Positions 1 to 11,367 are shown, numbered from the stretch's first letter. The stretch: DNA of 64,000 nucleotides from Nitrosopumilaceae archaeon (GCA_965208905.1 OZ242365.1:2112001-2176000), one strand, 5' to 3'. Notes: generated by a model from the letters alone, not told the origin. Numbers and translations: made by a program.

Positions 1-150
1 TCATTAACGCTGTCCGCATTGTGGCCTCTATGGATGGCAATCATGTACCCTCACTTTCCACTACATTCCATGTACTGTATCTTACCAGTTCCTCCTTTGC
101 ATAAAGTTTAAATCGACTATTACGTTCGTTCACGACGTCAGTGTCTAGTT

Positions 151-2598
151 TTATGGGGCGACACTCTGTTCGGCTAGGGAGACCACCTGTAGTATGCTGC
201 CGTCAGGGTTTGAGACCAAGGCGTAGATTACGCCGTCAATAACAAAGATCCCTACATCGACGGGGTTATCCATGGCGTTGAGGCCATCCTGGCCGCCCCG
301 GATGGTGGTTACCGGCAGGGGTTCAGCGGGGTCTGTTATATCTATCACATGAATACTGCCCTCCGAGCCGAACCCGTAGTCTACCACCAGTGCATACATG
401 TGACCGTCGGCGGCAAACGCCTCTACGTCTACGGGCGCCCTGAACACATCGAAGCCATCCTGGCCGCCCAGGACGGTGGCAAGCAGTACAGGGGCTCGGG
501 GCCGCGTGATATCGATCGTCTGCAGCGTCCCGACGGAGTCAAAGTCGCTGTAGCCAGATATCAACGCGTACGTGCGGCCATGAGTGGTGAACAACTCCAT
601 GTCCGTGGGGTCGCTGAAGATCGAGAAGAATCTGGGCGACTCCAGCCTCACTGGATCCAAGAATTCTGGCGCCTCTACGTCCGTGATATCGGCGAACAGA
701 ACCTCTTGGCTATGTCTAGGGGTCGCCATGGCGTAGGTGCGATCGTCAGCGATGAATATCCCAAGGCCTGTCGACCCTCCGGGACCAAAGTAGAACCTCT
801 CAGATGTTCGCGCCCCGGAGATGGTCGAGGAGGTGACCGGGTCTGTGATGTTGATTACCTGTAGCACGCTCTCCGACATCACTAGGGCATAGGTCCGGTC
901 GGATGCGTCGAATGTGCTGATGTCACCTGTGCCGTCCCATATGCCGGTCACCAGCATGGGCGCCACGGGGTCTGTGATGTCTAGTACCTGCACCACTCCG
1001 TAGCGGTCGTTGGCCACCAGTGCGTACGTCTCCCCAGATATCGTCAGCGTCTCCAAATCTAGCGGGCGACTCAGTCCAGTGAATCCGTCTTGTCCGTTAC
1101 CGATAGAGGTAAGCCTCTCGGGGGCGGCGGGGTCGGTGATGTTGATTATCTGTAGGGCGTCGTCCCCGGAGCCGGGCAGTAGGGCGTAGGTGCGGCCAGA
1201 CGCGGTGAATATTTCCATCTCGGTGAAGCCTCCCCCAAACAACTGGATGACCAGTCCGCCACGGATGGAGGTAAGCCTCTCGGGGGCGGCGGGGTCGGTG
1301 ATGTTGATTATCTGTAGGGCGTCGCCGAACCCGGATGTGAGTGCATACGTCCTGCCAGATGCTGCAAATATCTCTACGTCGAAGTGTGGCGCATAGTACC
1401 TATCTGCACCATCGCTATTGGAGATAGCAGCAACATGGGTGGGGAACTGTGGGTCTGTAACGTCGATTATCTGCAGGCCGCCAGAATCTGCCAGCAGGGC
1501 GTAGGTGCGGCCGTCAGCGGTGAAGGTCGCCTCTGGGCTGCTCTCGGCTGCAAACCTACCCTGGCCCTCCCCGGTGGAGACCACGTGGGTGGGGAACTGT
1601 GGGTCTGTAACGTCGATTATCTGGACGGCGCGCTCCTCCGAGCCGGACACCAACACATAAGTGCGGCCGTCAGAGGCGAACGTTTTGATGCCGGCGGAGT
1701 GAGGCATTAGGCCTAACCCGTCTTGGCCCTCGCGAATGCTAGCCACCGGGATGGGGGTGCCAGGTTTGGTTATATCTATTATCTGGATGGCGTGGTCGCC
1801 TTGGCTGACCACCGCCGCATAAGTGCGGCCGTCAGTGGTGAACATCTCGGCGTCCTGTGGCCAGCTCAAGGCGTAAAAGTCGTCTAGGCCATCACGTATG
1901 TCGGCCACAAGCACGGGGATCTGAGGGTCTGTAACGTCGATTATCTGGACAGCATCGCTGTCCACGCTGGAGAGTAGGACGTAGGTCTGGCCGGACACGG
2001 TTACAAACGTCTCTATGTCGGATATCTGCTCCCACGAATAGGACAGATCGCGCGTTCCCGGATAGCCAGCCAGTATTTCCTCTGTTTGTTCCGGGGATAG
2101 GTGACGAAGCGCATAGAAGTTGTCTTGGCCGCTCCGGACGGTGGTAACGATCTGGGAGGCATTGGGGGCCGTGATGTTTATGATCCTGAGCGTGTCGAAG
2201 CTGCCCACCACGGCATATACGTGGCCGGACACCGCAAATGTCCCGGCTCGGTCGTGGCCACCCCAGTAATGCAATCCGTCACGATCACTCCGTATACTGG
2301 CTACCGGCACCGGCGAGTCCGGATTCGTGATGTCCAGTATCTGGGTACCCAGCACACTTGCCGCCAAGGCGTACGTCCGGTTGGAAGCGACAAACACCTC
2401 TATGTCGGCCGGGAAGCTCAGCCGTTCAAATGCGCCCTGTCCATCCTGTAGGCTGCCTACGACCACCGGATATATCGCCCCGGGGTCCTGTCCAAGGGCA
2501 GGGGAGACGGCTGCAGCAGCCAGAGCCACCGCCAAGATAGGAAGCATCAACTGACCGGACGGTAGTCTAGATGAGCGCATCATAATTGGGTTAAACAT
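151..2598 (-). CDS. Secreted LVIVD-repeat (beta-propeller) protein
   Basis: N-terminal hydrophobic signal; many ~55-aa repeats 'GRTYAL..D.LQII(D/N)ITDP..P'; near-identical internal DNA duplications (about 1107-1163 vs 1269-1325). Confidence 0.85.
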   Translation of the reverse strand: MFNPIMMRSSRLPSGQLMLPILAVALAAAAVSPALGQDPGAIYPVVVGSLQDGQGAFERLSFPADIEVFVASNRTYALAASVLGTQILDITNPDSPVPVASIRSDRDGLHYWGGHDRAGTFAVSGHVYAVVGSFDTLRIINITAPNASQIVTTVRSGQDNFYALRHLSPEQTEEILAGYPGTRDLSYSWEQISDIETFVTVSGQTYVLLSSVDSDAVQIIDVTDPQIPVLVADIRDGLDDFYALSWPQDAEMFTTDGRTYAAVVSQGDHAIQIIDITKPGTPIPVASIREGQDGLGLMPHSAGIKTFASDGRTYVLVSGSEERAVQIIDVTDPQFPTHVVSTGEGQGRFAAESSPEATFTADGRTYALLADSGGLQIIDVTDPQFPTHVAAISNSDGADRYYAPHFDVEIFAASGRTYALTSGFGDALQIINITDPAAPERLTSIRGGLVIQLFGGGFTEMEIFTASGRTYALLPGSGDDALQIINITDPAAPERLTSIGNGQDGFTGLSRPLDLETLTISGETYALVANDRYGVVQVLDITDPVAPMLVTGIWDGTGDISTFDASDRTYALVMSESVLQVINITDPVTSSTISGARTSERFYFGPGGSTGLGIFIADDRTYAMATPRHSQEVLFADITDVEAPEFLDPVRLESPRFFSIFSDPTDMELFTTHGRTYALISGYSDFDSVGTLQTIDITRPRAPVLLATVLGGQDGFDVFRAPVDVEAFAADGHMYALVVDYGFGSEGSIHVIDITDPAEPLPVTTIRGGQDGLNAMDNPVDVGIFVIDGVIYALVSNPDGSILQVVSLAEQSVAP

Positions 2599-2646
2599 GT
2601 TGGCATCGCATATTAACGTTGATAAGGCAGAGCTCTGGTACGCGTA

Positions 2647-3579
2647 CTAGCGGACAACAGGATCCGATAGATTTTGAGTGTGATGGTCCAGATCGATGAA
2701 TTTATCCCATATTCGATGACTCGCGGTGTGGCCAACCGAAATATTAAGATCAAGCATACCCTCCCGCACCTACATAACACGAACCAAACCAGAAAAGATT
2801 CCCGCCGGAGACGAATACCTCCCGGACATTCCAGAGACGGAACTGGAATCGATTATTACAGCCATCCCCAGCTGTAAGGATATGCCCAAAGAACTGTTCA
2901 TACTGACGGCCGCCCTCAAAAGGAAGAGGTACGGAAGCATCATCGGAATGTATAGGGGCATGGGCTGACCATAAGCCACCGTCTACTACTAGCTGCTGCG
3001 TGTGCACGAGCGCGTGTTGGACGGCAGGGCATCCCTCAACAGGAAGAGAATTCTGGGCGAAGATTCCTGCCAGTTTATCTTGGAGTGGGTGTCCATATAT
3101 CCTCAGGATTACAAGTTTGAGTCCTGTATCTGGCAGATGTTGATGATCATCAGTATGATCCGTGACAAGTTGGGCATAAGCGTCCAACCCAGAACACTGA
3201 GACGGGCACTACGGCACGCAGGCATCTCGTTCAGAAAGTCGAAGACCCTTCCCGTATAACTCCGCATCAGAGCAGGAGCAGGCCAAGTTCAGCAAGAAGA
3301 CTCAGGGAATAGTCAACCGGCAGGCCGCCGGGGATGCTGTCTTGTATCAGGACGAGATGACTCTCAGGCCGGCGGCGGTATGTATCCAGAGACGGATGCC
3401 GTGCTGCACCAGTCCAGCCGTCAAGATGGGAGTCTCCAGAGTCGATCAAAGCGTTCGGCATTCCGGGCCGGGGCAGACTACACGTCATGGCTGACCGCAC
3501 TAAAACCATCGGACTTTGATAAAAACCACGTGGGAGTCAGCTTTCTTCCAATAGGCTATTGGATCCTATTGTCCGCTAG
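2647..3579 (+). mobile_element. IS630-family element, degenerate and internally deleted
   Basis: TIRs CTAGCGGACAACAGGATCC / GGATCCTATTGTCCGCTAG flanked by TA (2645-46, 3580-81); broken HTH/transposase pieces (ORFs 2726-2968, 3002-3259 'LRRALRHAGISFRK', then 'LYQDE'). Same family as the remnant at 61.5-62 kb. Confidence 0.75.
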
Positions 3580-3654
3580 TACGGTCCATATATCGTTTTT
3601 TTGACAGTTTGAGATTAAATGTTGGTTTATATACGACGCGTCACATTTTTGGGC

Positions 3655-4485
3655 ATGCAAAATCAGGCATATCACCCTCAAGGCATCACTATCTCTTATG
3701 ATCAAGCAAAAGCAGAGCATATACTAATAATCGATGTACGCGCTGAGCGCGAGTATGTAGCCGGACACATACCAGATGCCATCAGTCTGCCGCTGACAAA
3801 GATACTACAGGTAGCAGGGGATGATTACAAGCTAAGCAAAACATTCGGTAGTTTTGGTATTGGGCATGACACACAATGTGTCTTTTATGATGATGCATTT
3901 GGAGCCGTTGCGTCTCGCGTTGCAATGGCATTAGAGTCAGTGGGCGGACGCGCCAGTCTGCTGGATGTCACATATACTATTTGGAGGAGAGACCATACAC
4001 CTAACATGGGAGAGCCTCGCAGGCTAGATCCGATAACATTTTTGATGGCCGATAGATCATCATTGGACACCATGCTGACAGACATCAAAGACGTCAAGGC
4101 GGTGACCGAATCCAATGATTCTAGTAATGACATTCTGCTGGATGCCAGGGAGCGTTTGAACTTCTTATCAGGCCACATACCCGGAGCCATCAACATGCCA
4201 TATACCATGTTCAAGGATGCAGAGAATGACAAAATTTTACGTACTCCTGATGACCTAAGCCGCATCTTTAAGAATCGCGGTCTTGACCCGAACAGACCAA
4301 TCAGAATAATCACATATTGTGGTTCTTCGGGTACATTATCTGGACTGGTATATTACGCGCTTCGACAGGCGGGTTTTGCCAGTATCAGTATGTATGCTAA
4401 CTCGTTTCGTGAGTGGAACTCGCAGGAGGGTCGCGCAGTTGAGGTCCAGGAAGATGCGAATTATTGGGATCTCTCTGCAGAGTAG
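3655..4485 (+). CDS. Thiosulfate sulfurtransferase (tandem rhodanese domains)
   Basis: Two rhodanese domains (IDVR..EY.AGHIPDA; LDAR....GHIPGA), active-site YCGSSG, 'YANSFREW'. Start moved to ATG 3655. Confidence 0.9.
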   Translation: MQNQAYHPQGITISYDQAKAEHILIIDVRAEREYVAGHIPDAISLPLTKILQVAGDDYKLSKTFGSFGIGHDTQCVFYDDAFGAVASRVAMALESVGGRASLLDVTYTIWRRDHTPNMGEPRRLDPITFLMADRSSLDTMLTDIKDVKAVTESNDSSNDILLDARERLNFLSGHIPGAINMPYTMFKDAENDKILRTPDDLSRIFKNRGLDPNRPIRIITYCGSSGTLSGLVYYALRQAGFASISMYANSFREWNSQEGRAVEVQEDANYWDLSAE

Positions 4486-4624
4486 ACATACGCATATAAC
4501 AAGATCAGATCATCTCACGTATAGTGTGGTTTTACCATACTCTTGGCCATACATGACTGTTTCTTGCGTTACCATGCAACATCCAATATATACTATGCAA
4601 AAATCTAAATACATTTTATATTAG

Positions 4625-5698
4625 TTGCAAGCGAAACAATACGTGGGTTTAAAAAAGTATGTTGCGACCAGAGTGGCAACACTCTTTGGTGTATTGATGG
4701 TGACACTACTACTTACGGTGGCTTTGGTGGGCTCCAACATGGATGTGATACTAAAACAGGGTGTTGCTGTGCAGGTTAGACATGAGGTGGCCGAGATACC
4801 AGGATTGGCCGATAGTTTTGAGTCGGTGGAGGCCTTTGAGAAGTATGTACAAGATACAATAGATAGGCGCATAACCGAATTGGGCTTGCATGAACCTTGG
4901 TACTCGCCACAGAGAATCGGACTATCCATGTACAAGATACTGTTACTGGACTTTGGACATGCCACGTTTTTGACCAGTGACTCTGGCTCATCCAATGTGG
5001 GCGATATAATAGCCGAGAAGCTACCAAAGACAGTCCTCCTCTTTACAACGGCGACCATAATAATTTCAATTATTGGTATACTCATGGGAGCACTATCTGG
5101 CAGTAAGGTCGGCTCGGTATTGGACAGAATTACATCTAGCTTTGCAGTTATCAGCTCAAGTTTTCCGGTCTGGTGGGTCGGTATGCTACTGATAATACTC
5201 TTTGCATTTACTTGGCAGATATTTCCGGCCCGGGCAACACCCCCCATACCTGCTGATGACCCTGGCTATATTGGCGCCCTGTTATACCATATGGCGTTGC
5301 CACTCATTACAATAGTCCTGATAGGGTTTGGGGCATGGGCATATTTGGTGCGCAACTTTATGGTGGGAATTTTACAAGATGATTTTATATTCGCAAAAAA
5401 GACCATGGGCATACCAAAGAAACACATAGTCTATCGACACGCACTAAAGAATGCAGCTCCCCCAATAGTTACAATACTTGCATTGAGCCTTTCAGGCTCG
5501 TTGGGCGGTGCCATAATAACCGAAGCCGTATTCGACTGGCCAGGTATGGGCCGACTCTACTTTGAGGCCATCACTGTACTTGACATGCCCGTAATAATAG
5601 GGGCAACATATGTCCTTACCGCCTTCTTTTTAGCTAGTATATTTGTGGCAGATATACTATACGGATACTTTGATCCCCGAGTGAGAACGGGACCATGA
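4625..5698 (+). CDS. dppB: Peptide/nickel ABC transporter permease (DppB/OppB-like)
   Basis: TM helices, EAA-like loop 'DDFIFAKKTMG', 'ITEAVFDWPGMG', C-terminal 'DPRVR'. Confidence 0.9.
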   Translation: MQAKQYVGLKKYVATRVATLFGVLMVTLLLTVALVGSNMDVILKQGVAVQVRHEVAEIPGLADSFESVEAFEKYVQDTIDRRITELGLHEPWYSPQRIGLSMYKILLLDFGHATFLTSDSGSSNVGDIIAEKLPKTVLLFTTATIIISIIGILMGALSGSKVGSVLDRITSSFAVISSSFPVWWVGMLLIILFAFTWQIFPARATPPIPADDPGYIGALLYHMALPLITIVLIGFGAWAYLVRNFMVGILQDDFIFAKKTMGIPKKHIVYRHALKNAAPPIVTILALSLSGSLGGAIITEAVFDWPGMGRLYFEAITVLDMPVIIGATYVLTAFFLASIFVADILYGYFDPRVRTGP

Positions 5699-7056
5699 GT
5701 TTTACAACACAAGACCTGTGGCGCGAGTTCAGGTCCAGCCATATGGGAATGGCGGGCATAATTATACTGGGTACCCTTATACTAATATCATGTGTCACTG
5801 TACTTGCCATACCTTTGGAGACATTTCAGGGATGGTCTAATCCAAACAACTGGCTATACTACCCAAAGGCGGCCGTCCCCGGCTGGACGAACCTGTTTTT
5901 GCCTGAAGCCATACCCGAACACATGATTTTGGACGACTCGGTGACGTATACAGACTCTGCTGGAGGCATAACACTACACTCGGACATATTTACCATAAAT
6001 TACAAGTACGATGACTTTCCAGGCGGCTTCATATACGAGTATACTGCCGAGTATACGGGCGCCCCCCTGCTCACCATGAGTGTGCTACGTCCGGATGATA
6101 CATTATTGAATATACTCTCCATGCCATTACCTCCTTCAGACTCGGAGACAACACACACCGAAAAGATATTCTCGACAGATTTAGCCATATATAAGAACCT
6201 GCTCCTGCACTCAAATGAGTTTGATCACACCATAGATGGTTTGTCTGCCGAATCCATAATCTTCTCAGATAGTACCATACATGAGCCTCTTGATGGAAGA
6301 TACGTCTTTACCGTAAACTTGTACGGGAGTCAGGGAGACGCCATACAAGACTCCATACTTGTAATAGATGGAAAGGCATTTGGCATAATGGGGACAGATG
6401 AACTACGTCGGGATCTGGTTGTGGGTCTTTTATGGGGCACTCCATTGGCACTCTTCATAGGATTGGTAGTGGCCATTGGATCAGTTACCGCGGGTCTGAT
6501 ATATGGTGTATATGCTGGCTACAAAGGCAAGCTTACCGATGAATCATTAATGCGGTTCAACGATGTGATATATGCACTGCCTGCACTACCGTTTTTGATA
6601 ATACTGGCGGTTACCATAAGTAATAGTATATTTGTAATGATCGGATTTCTGATGATATTTGGCTGGGTTGGAATAGCCAAGGTATCCCGGAGCATGGCGC
6701 TCCAAATAAAGACCCGGGGATATGTGGAGGCTGCCCAAATGATGGGCCAAAGCAATACCGCCATAATATTTCGACATATAATACCACAACTACTACCGTA
6801 TGCATTTGCAAGTATTGCCATATCTGTACCTGCTGCCATAACAACAGAAGCAGGTCTGAGTTTTTTAGGACTGGGTGATCCATCATTTCCCACCTGGGGT
6901 CACATTTTATATGATGCCAATACGTATGGCGCTGCCGCCCGGGGTATGTGGTGGTGGATTGTACCGCCAGGGATGATGATTGCACTGACCGGTCTAGCGT
7001 TTGTCTTTATAGGTAATGCGCTTGATGCCATAGTGAATCCGCGCCTACGCCGGTAG
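5695..7056 (+). CDS. dppC: Peptide/nickel ABC transporter permease (DppC/OppC-like)
   Basis: 'GTDELRRD', 'YVEAAQMMG', 'EAGLSFLGLG', 'NPRLR'; ATGA overlap with dppB. Confidence 0.9.
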   Translation: MSFTTQDLWREFRSSHMGMAGIIILGTLILISCVTVLAIPLETFQGWSNPNNWLYYPKAAVPGWTNLFLPEAIPEHMILDDSVTYTDSAGGITLHSDIFTINYKYDDFPGGFIYEYTAEYTGAPLLTMSVLRPDDTLLNILSMPLPPSDSETTHTEKIFSTDLAIYKNLLLHSNEFDHTIDGLSAESIIFSDSTIHEPLDGRYVFTVNLYGSQGDAIQDSILVIDGKAFGIMGTDELRRDLVVGLLWGTPLALFIGLVVAIGSVTAGLIYGVYAGYKGKLTDESLMRFNDVIYALPALPFLIILAVTISNSIFVMIGFLMIFGWVGIAKVSRSMALQIKTRGYVEAAQMMGQSNTAIIFRHIIPQLLPYAFASIAISVPAAITTEAGLSFLGLGDPSFPTWGHILYDANTYGAAARGMWWWIVPPGMMIALTGLAFVFIGNALDAIVNPRLRR

Positions 7057-7716
7057 CGGCTCTGTGCACGACATTGTATCAGTATAGAATATCTTACATA
7101 CATGTTGCCTGTTGGGGGCAGACCACCCATCATCTCCGTACATGTATCTTAGTACATTTTGGGTGTTTGTATCATCACTCAATCTGATGTCTGTGGATGC
7201 GCCAGCACATGTACTTTGATTATTCTCCTCGCTACACATCATGTTGGGACCTTCTCCAAAGTAATGTCCCACACCCATCATGTGTATGGTCTCATGTAGT
7301 ATTGCATATTTTATGTCGGTATCGTTTCGCCACCAGTCCACACATACGTATATTGTGCCAGATCTATAATCTGCCATGCCACTCCACTCTGGATTTAGAC
7401 AGTTGGCCCAGCCCGAATCAGTATCTTGTACTCCAGATATTGCATGTACGGTTATGTGCAGTGTCGCAGGTCTTGTGTTTAGTGTGACCAAATCCCATTG
7501 AGGACCCATGGATAACGGTATATCGTTTAGGGCATCTTGTACTGTCGCCATATACTCGGCGTTTGGTACGAATATTATCGGCTCGTATGGCAATGGTGTA
7601 GCCACCATATAGTATGATGGGCCTGTATGGTAGTTGTCAGATACCGACCACCACAGCAGCAACGCTGCAACGGCTATTGTGGTAACTAGCATAAGGTTGA
7701 GTGCATACTTTGGCAT
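7045..7716 (-). CDS. Membrane-anchored matrixin-like (metzincin) zinc metalloprotease
   Basis: HETIHMMGVGH (HExxHxxGxxH) followed by Met-turn-like 'NMM'; N-terminal TM from ATG 7716. Confidence 0.75.
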   Translation of the reverse strand: MPKYALNLMLVTTIAVAALLLWWSVSDNYHTGPSYYMVATPLPYEPIIFVPNAEYMATVQDALNDIPLSMGPQWDLVTLNTRPATLHITVHAISGVQDTDSGWANCLNPEWSGMADYRSGTIYVCVDWWRNDTDIKYAILHETIHMMGVGHYFGEGPNMMCSEENNQSTCAGASTDIRLSDDTNTQNVLRYMYGDDGWSAPNRQHVCKIFYTDTMSCTEPLPA

Positions 7717-7770
7717 GATACAGATGTATCTGCAACTGATGTATATAGTCACGGCACACAGTATGTAATA

Positions 7771-8289
7771 ATGATTATAGTGTATACGGGGGGCGGTAAA
7801 GGAAAGACTACTGCTGCATTGGGTCTGGCGTTGCGAGCAACCGCATATGACAAAAAGATACGCATGATTCAGTTCATCAAGGGCAGCTGGCACTATGGCG
7901 AGATGAGCTCATCATCAAGACTCTCTCCAGAGTTTGAGATAGTTGCGGTGGGAAAGGGATTTGTGGGAATAATGGATGATGTCAGCACTCCACAACAACA
8001 TATTGATACTGCCCGGCAAGCCTTATCCTTGGCGCGTAAGAGCGTATCTGATGATACATTGGATATAATAATACTCGATGAGGTAAACTATGCAATACAT
8101 CTAGATTTGATATCTGAAGATGACATACTTGGCGTGTTGGATGCCTGCCATGCGGGTGCGGATGTCATATTAACTGGAAACTACGCAACAGATAAAATCA
8201 TACAGGCAGCTGATCTGGTTACCGAGATGCGCTCAATAAAACATCCCTTCCAAAAAGGCATACGCGCAAAGCAGGGAATAGACTTTTAA
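7771..8289 (+). CDS. cobO: Cob(I)yrinic acid a,c-diamide adenosyltransferase
   Basis: 'YTGGGKGKTTAALG', 'QFIKG', 'ILDEVN', 'ADLVTEM..IKHPF..G'. Confidence 0.95.
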   Translation: MIIVYTGGGKGKTTAALGLALRATAYDKKIRMIQFIKGSWHYGEMSSSSRLSPEFEIVAVGKGFVGIMDDVSTPQQHIDTARQALSLARKSVSDDTLDIIILDEVNYAIHLDLISEDDILGVLDACHAGADVILTGNYATDKIIQAADLVTEMRSIKHPFQKGIRAKQGIDF

Positions 8290-8296
8290 GACTATA

Positions 8297-8577
8297 GGCG
8301 TGCCGGGAGTAACCCTCCTTCTGTTTTCGCGATATTTCGCTATGCGGCCTACCTAGACCTTTGGCAGGACATACGGTCTCATTTGGCCTTGCTCCGCGCA
8401 GGGCGGCTTTTTCATGCCCGTGTACCGAAACCTCCGACTCACACCATCACCGTATTAACGGGCGGGCTGGTCTCTGTGCCGTTGCCAGCCGTCTCCGACT
8501 ACCCATCTTTAGGTTGCGCTTCCTGCAGGAGGGAGGAGTTTCCTCTGCCGTGGCAGTGTATCGCGCTCCGGCTCGCC
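8297..8577 (-). ncRNA. rnpB: Archaeal RNase P RNA
   Basis: Minus strand reads GGCGAGCCGG...GAGGAAACTCC...AAACAGAAGGAGGGTTACTCCCGGCACGCC, with the P4 consensus halves and complementary 5'/3' ends (P1). Confidence 0.9.
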
Positions 8578-8721
8578 GTTGTTGTTATGTATTGATATAA
8601 TTTTTAGATTACTGTTGTTGTGCATTTGAATCATCTGATTCAACTATGTCAACTTTGCGTTATGTATCTGAGATTTACACACAATTATGACTATTTAATA
8701 TAGCAATAATAACACATATTT

Positions 8722-10125
8722 GTGATGTCACTAGTGCCATTCCTGACCATACTGGATACAATACAGGAGTATCTTGGCATACAGATTACATACGGGGACG
8801 GCATGATATACAGATGGTTAGAGGATAGCGGTGTAAGCGTGTGGATCAACAGTCTACAGGTTTGGTTTGCATCCTTGGTGGACATCATTGGAATCTCCGA
8901 CTCATCCATAGCTTCAGCGCCTGTTCTGTTGTTGGCAGCCGGGGTGGTGATATTTGCAGGGGTGGCCGGAGAGGCGTTCTTTCGGAGGACTGGCGTACCC
9001 GAAGTGGCGTTTCTAATGATACTGGGGGTCATACTAGGACCAGTACTGGGAATAGTTCAGATTGAAGCGGTTATGGCGATTGTCCCCTACTTTGCCGCTT
9101 TGGCTCTAATCATTATAATGTTTGATGGTGGTTTGAATCTGAATTTAAAGCTGCTGGTATCGACGGCGCATTTTGCAACGGCACTGGTGGTGGGAGGCTT
9201 TATAATCTCGGTGGCTTTGGTCGCTGTGGGAGCCCACTTTATTTTAGGGTGGGGATGGTTGGAGAGTTTACTACTGGGAAGCATAGTTGGCGGAAGCAGT
9301 TCAGCCATAGTGTTTGGTTTGGTAAGGCAGATAGGAATATCCAAAGATGCCCGTTCAGTACTGAGTTTTGAGTCGGCACTCACGGACATCTTGGCTACAA
9401 TAGTGGCGTTTGTCATGCTAGAAGCTGTCTTTACTGGACAGTTCAATACAGACACATTATTGAGTAGCATGGGTCGCGCTGCAGCGGTGGGATTGATACT
9501 GGGCTTTGGTGTGGGCATACCCTGGTTATACATCACCACACGTATGGTCAACACGCAGCACGTCTACATGCTAACACTGGGCATGCTCTTTGTACTCTTC
9601 TTTTTGGCAGTGAACTTTGGGGAGTCAGGTGCGCTTACGGCACTGGTCTTTGGACTCATGTTGGGGAATCGTAAGAAACTTACAGACTGGTTGCGTATTC
9701 CATTCCAAAGTATAGACCATAATGATCCTACACACAATCAACTGACGTTCCTTGTACGCTCATTCTTCTTTGTCTTTGTGGGTCTGATGGCCACGTTGGG
9801 CCGCATAGAGTATATCATATTTGGTATTGTAATGACTATACTTGTGTATTATGGAAGGGCGATTGTTGTAAAGTTGACACTTACCAAAAGATTTTCGGAT
9901 TTGGACAAACGCATAACACGTGTTATGATTCCTCGAGGCTTGGCCGCAGCAGTGCTGGCGACGTTTCCCATCACGATGGGGTTGGACAATGCAGAAGCAT
10001 ACCTTCAGATCGTCTTCTTTATCATATTGACATCTGTGATAATAACTACGATGGGATCCAGGGTATCAAAGGCCAAAACTAAGACTGAAGATAGAGATCC
10101 ATCTGCGTGGAGCGGGTTTGAATGA
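8722..10125 (+). CDS. Cation:proton antiporter (CPA1/NhaP-like); true start may be downstream
   Basis: About 13 TM helices, 'FDGGL', 'FESALTD', 'PRGLAAAVLA'. Confidence 0.88.
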   Translation: MMSLVPFLTILDTIQEYLGIQITYGDGMIYRWLEDSGVSVWINSLQVWFASLVDIIGISDSSIASAPVLLLAAGVVIFAGVAGEAFFRRTGVPEVAFLMILGVILGPVLGIVQIEAVMAIVPYFAALALIIIMFDGGLNLNLKLLVSTAHFATALVVGGFIISVALVAVGAHFILGWGWLESLLLGSIVGGSSSAIVFGLVRQIGISKDARSVLSFESALTDILATIVAFVMLEAVFTGQFNTDTLLSSMGRAAAVGLILGFGVGIPWLYITTRMVNTQHVYMLTLGMLFVLFFLAVNFGESGALTALVFGLMLGNRKKLTDWLRIPFQSIDHNDPTHNQLTFLVRSFFFVFVGLMATLGRIEYIIFGIVMTILVYYGRAIVVKLTLTKRFSDLDKRITRVMIPRGLAAAVLATFPITMGLDNAEAYLQIVFFIILTSVIITTMGSRVSKAKTKTEDRDPSAWSGFE

Positions 10126-10164
10126 TGTATATGATTATATCGGAGTAGCGGACTTACGATATAA

Positions 10165-11367
10165 TCAATGCTTATCACTGGTAGTACCCAACAATTTACT
10201 TGCATCTTGCTTCCTATGGAGTAGTAGTGACATGCATGACACTATGGAGCCTATTATTAAGAACAACCAGTAGGGCGCTATGGACCCAAATGCGTTGGCA
10301 ACGTATCCTCCTGTGAGGGGCCCTAGAACCCATCCAACTCCAACCACCGCTGCAAAAGAGCCAATTATTTTGTTATGAATGCGCCTGTCTGTGCGTGAGA
10401 GGATTGCCTCTAGGCACATGGGATATATTATTGATATGCCTATTCCCAGCAGCACCATTGCTATAACGACGTAAAAGTATGATGTTTCAACTATGAATAT
10501 GGCCAGTGCTACAGTTATCATTACGGCGCATGCAGTAAGTGCTATGGGTGCATGATCGTGTATGCGTGGAACCAGCAGCATAGACAACATGCGCGAAACA
10601 CCATAAATTGCATACAGTATCAATATTGCAGATATGTCTATGCCCTGTTCGTTGAGAAATGCAGGATGTATTGTGAACAGGAGACCAAAAAGGGCAGTGC
10701 TGAGCACTAACAAAGACAATATAATTGGGAAATGAAATATCTTTGTCAATGACTTGAGGTCATAGCTGGGATGTTTTTTGGTGGGACGAGTATGTCGTGT
10801 CCAATAAGTCAGTATGACACTTGTCGTCATTATTACACCTGATATCTGAAATAGTAGGCGCAGGTCACCATCAAACACCTCTAGTACCAGAGCTCCCAGG
10901 AGAGGCCCCACCATCATCCCACCTACAAAGATCATTATCATACGTGCAATGTACTTTTTTCGGCGCCGGACATCAGTGGAGAGTAGTGACTCGCTGGCAG
11001 GCCAAAGAAATGAGTGCGAACTGCCTATTATCAGCTGCCATATTATCATCTCGAATACACTAGTCGAGATGGAGATCATAAAGAGCGGTATTACTCGCAG
11101 TAGAATGCCTAGTATCAACAAGTATACATTGTTTATTCGGTCCAGAAGTATTCCAATAAAGATGGGAATTATTACATATGGGAGAAATTTTGCCGTGCCC
11201 AGATTTCCAAGATCCTGATAGGTGGCGCCTATCTCGGTCTTTGCCAAGAGCGGGAATGCTTGGGCCTGTATGCCGATGGATATCCCCAATGTCGCTATAA
11301 TTATAAAGATAGCAATGGGGAGGCGCCTCATACGCAACATGTATTTTTGTATAATATATGTAAACAA
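10165..11367 (-). CDS. MFS transporter
   Basis: About 12 hydrophobic segments, 'GILLDRIN' motif-A-like loop, 'GPLLG' and 'GPLTGG'. Confidence 0.85.
   Translation of the reverse strand: MFTYIIQKYMLRMRRLPIAIFIIIATLGISIGIQAQAFPLLAKTEIGATYQDLGNLGTAKFLPYVIIPIFIGILLDRINNVYLLILGILLRVIPLFMISISTSVFEMIIWQLIIGSSHSFLWPASESLLSTDVRRRKKYIARMIMIFVGGMMVGPLLGALVLEVFDGDLRLLFQISGVIMTTSVILTYWTRHTRPTKKHPSYDLKSLTKIFHFPIILSLLVLSTALFGLLFTIHPAFLNEQGIDISAILILYAIYGVSRMLSMLLVPRIHDHAPIALTACAVMITVALAIFIVETSYFYVVIAMVLLGIGISIIYPMCLEAILSRTDRRIHNKIIGSFAAVVGVGWVLGPLTGGYVANAFGSIAPYWLFLIIGSIVSCMSLLLHRKQDASKLLGTTSDKH

Noticed and set aside
8361-8600. Short ORFs 8361-8600 and 8383-8595
   Set aside because: They lie antisense to the RNase P RNA gene.
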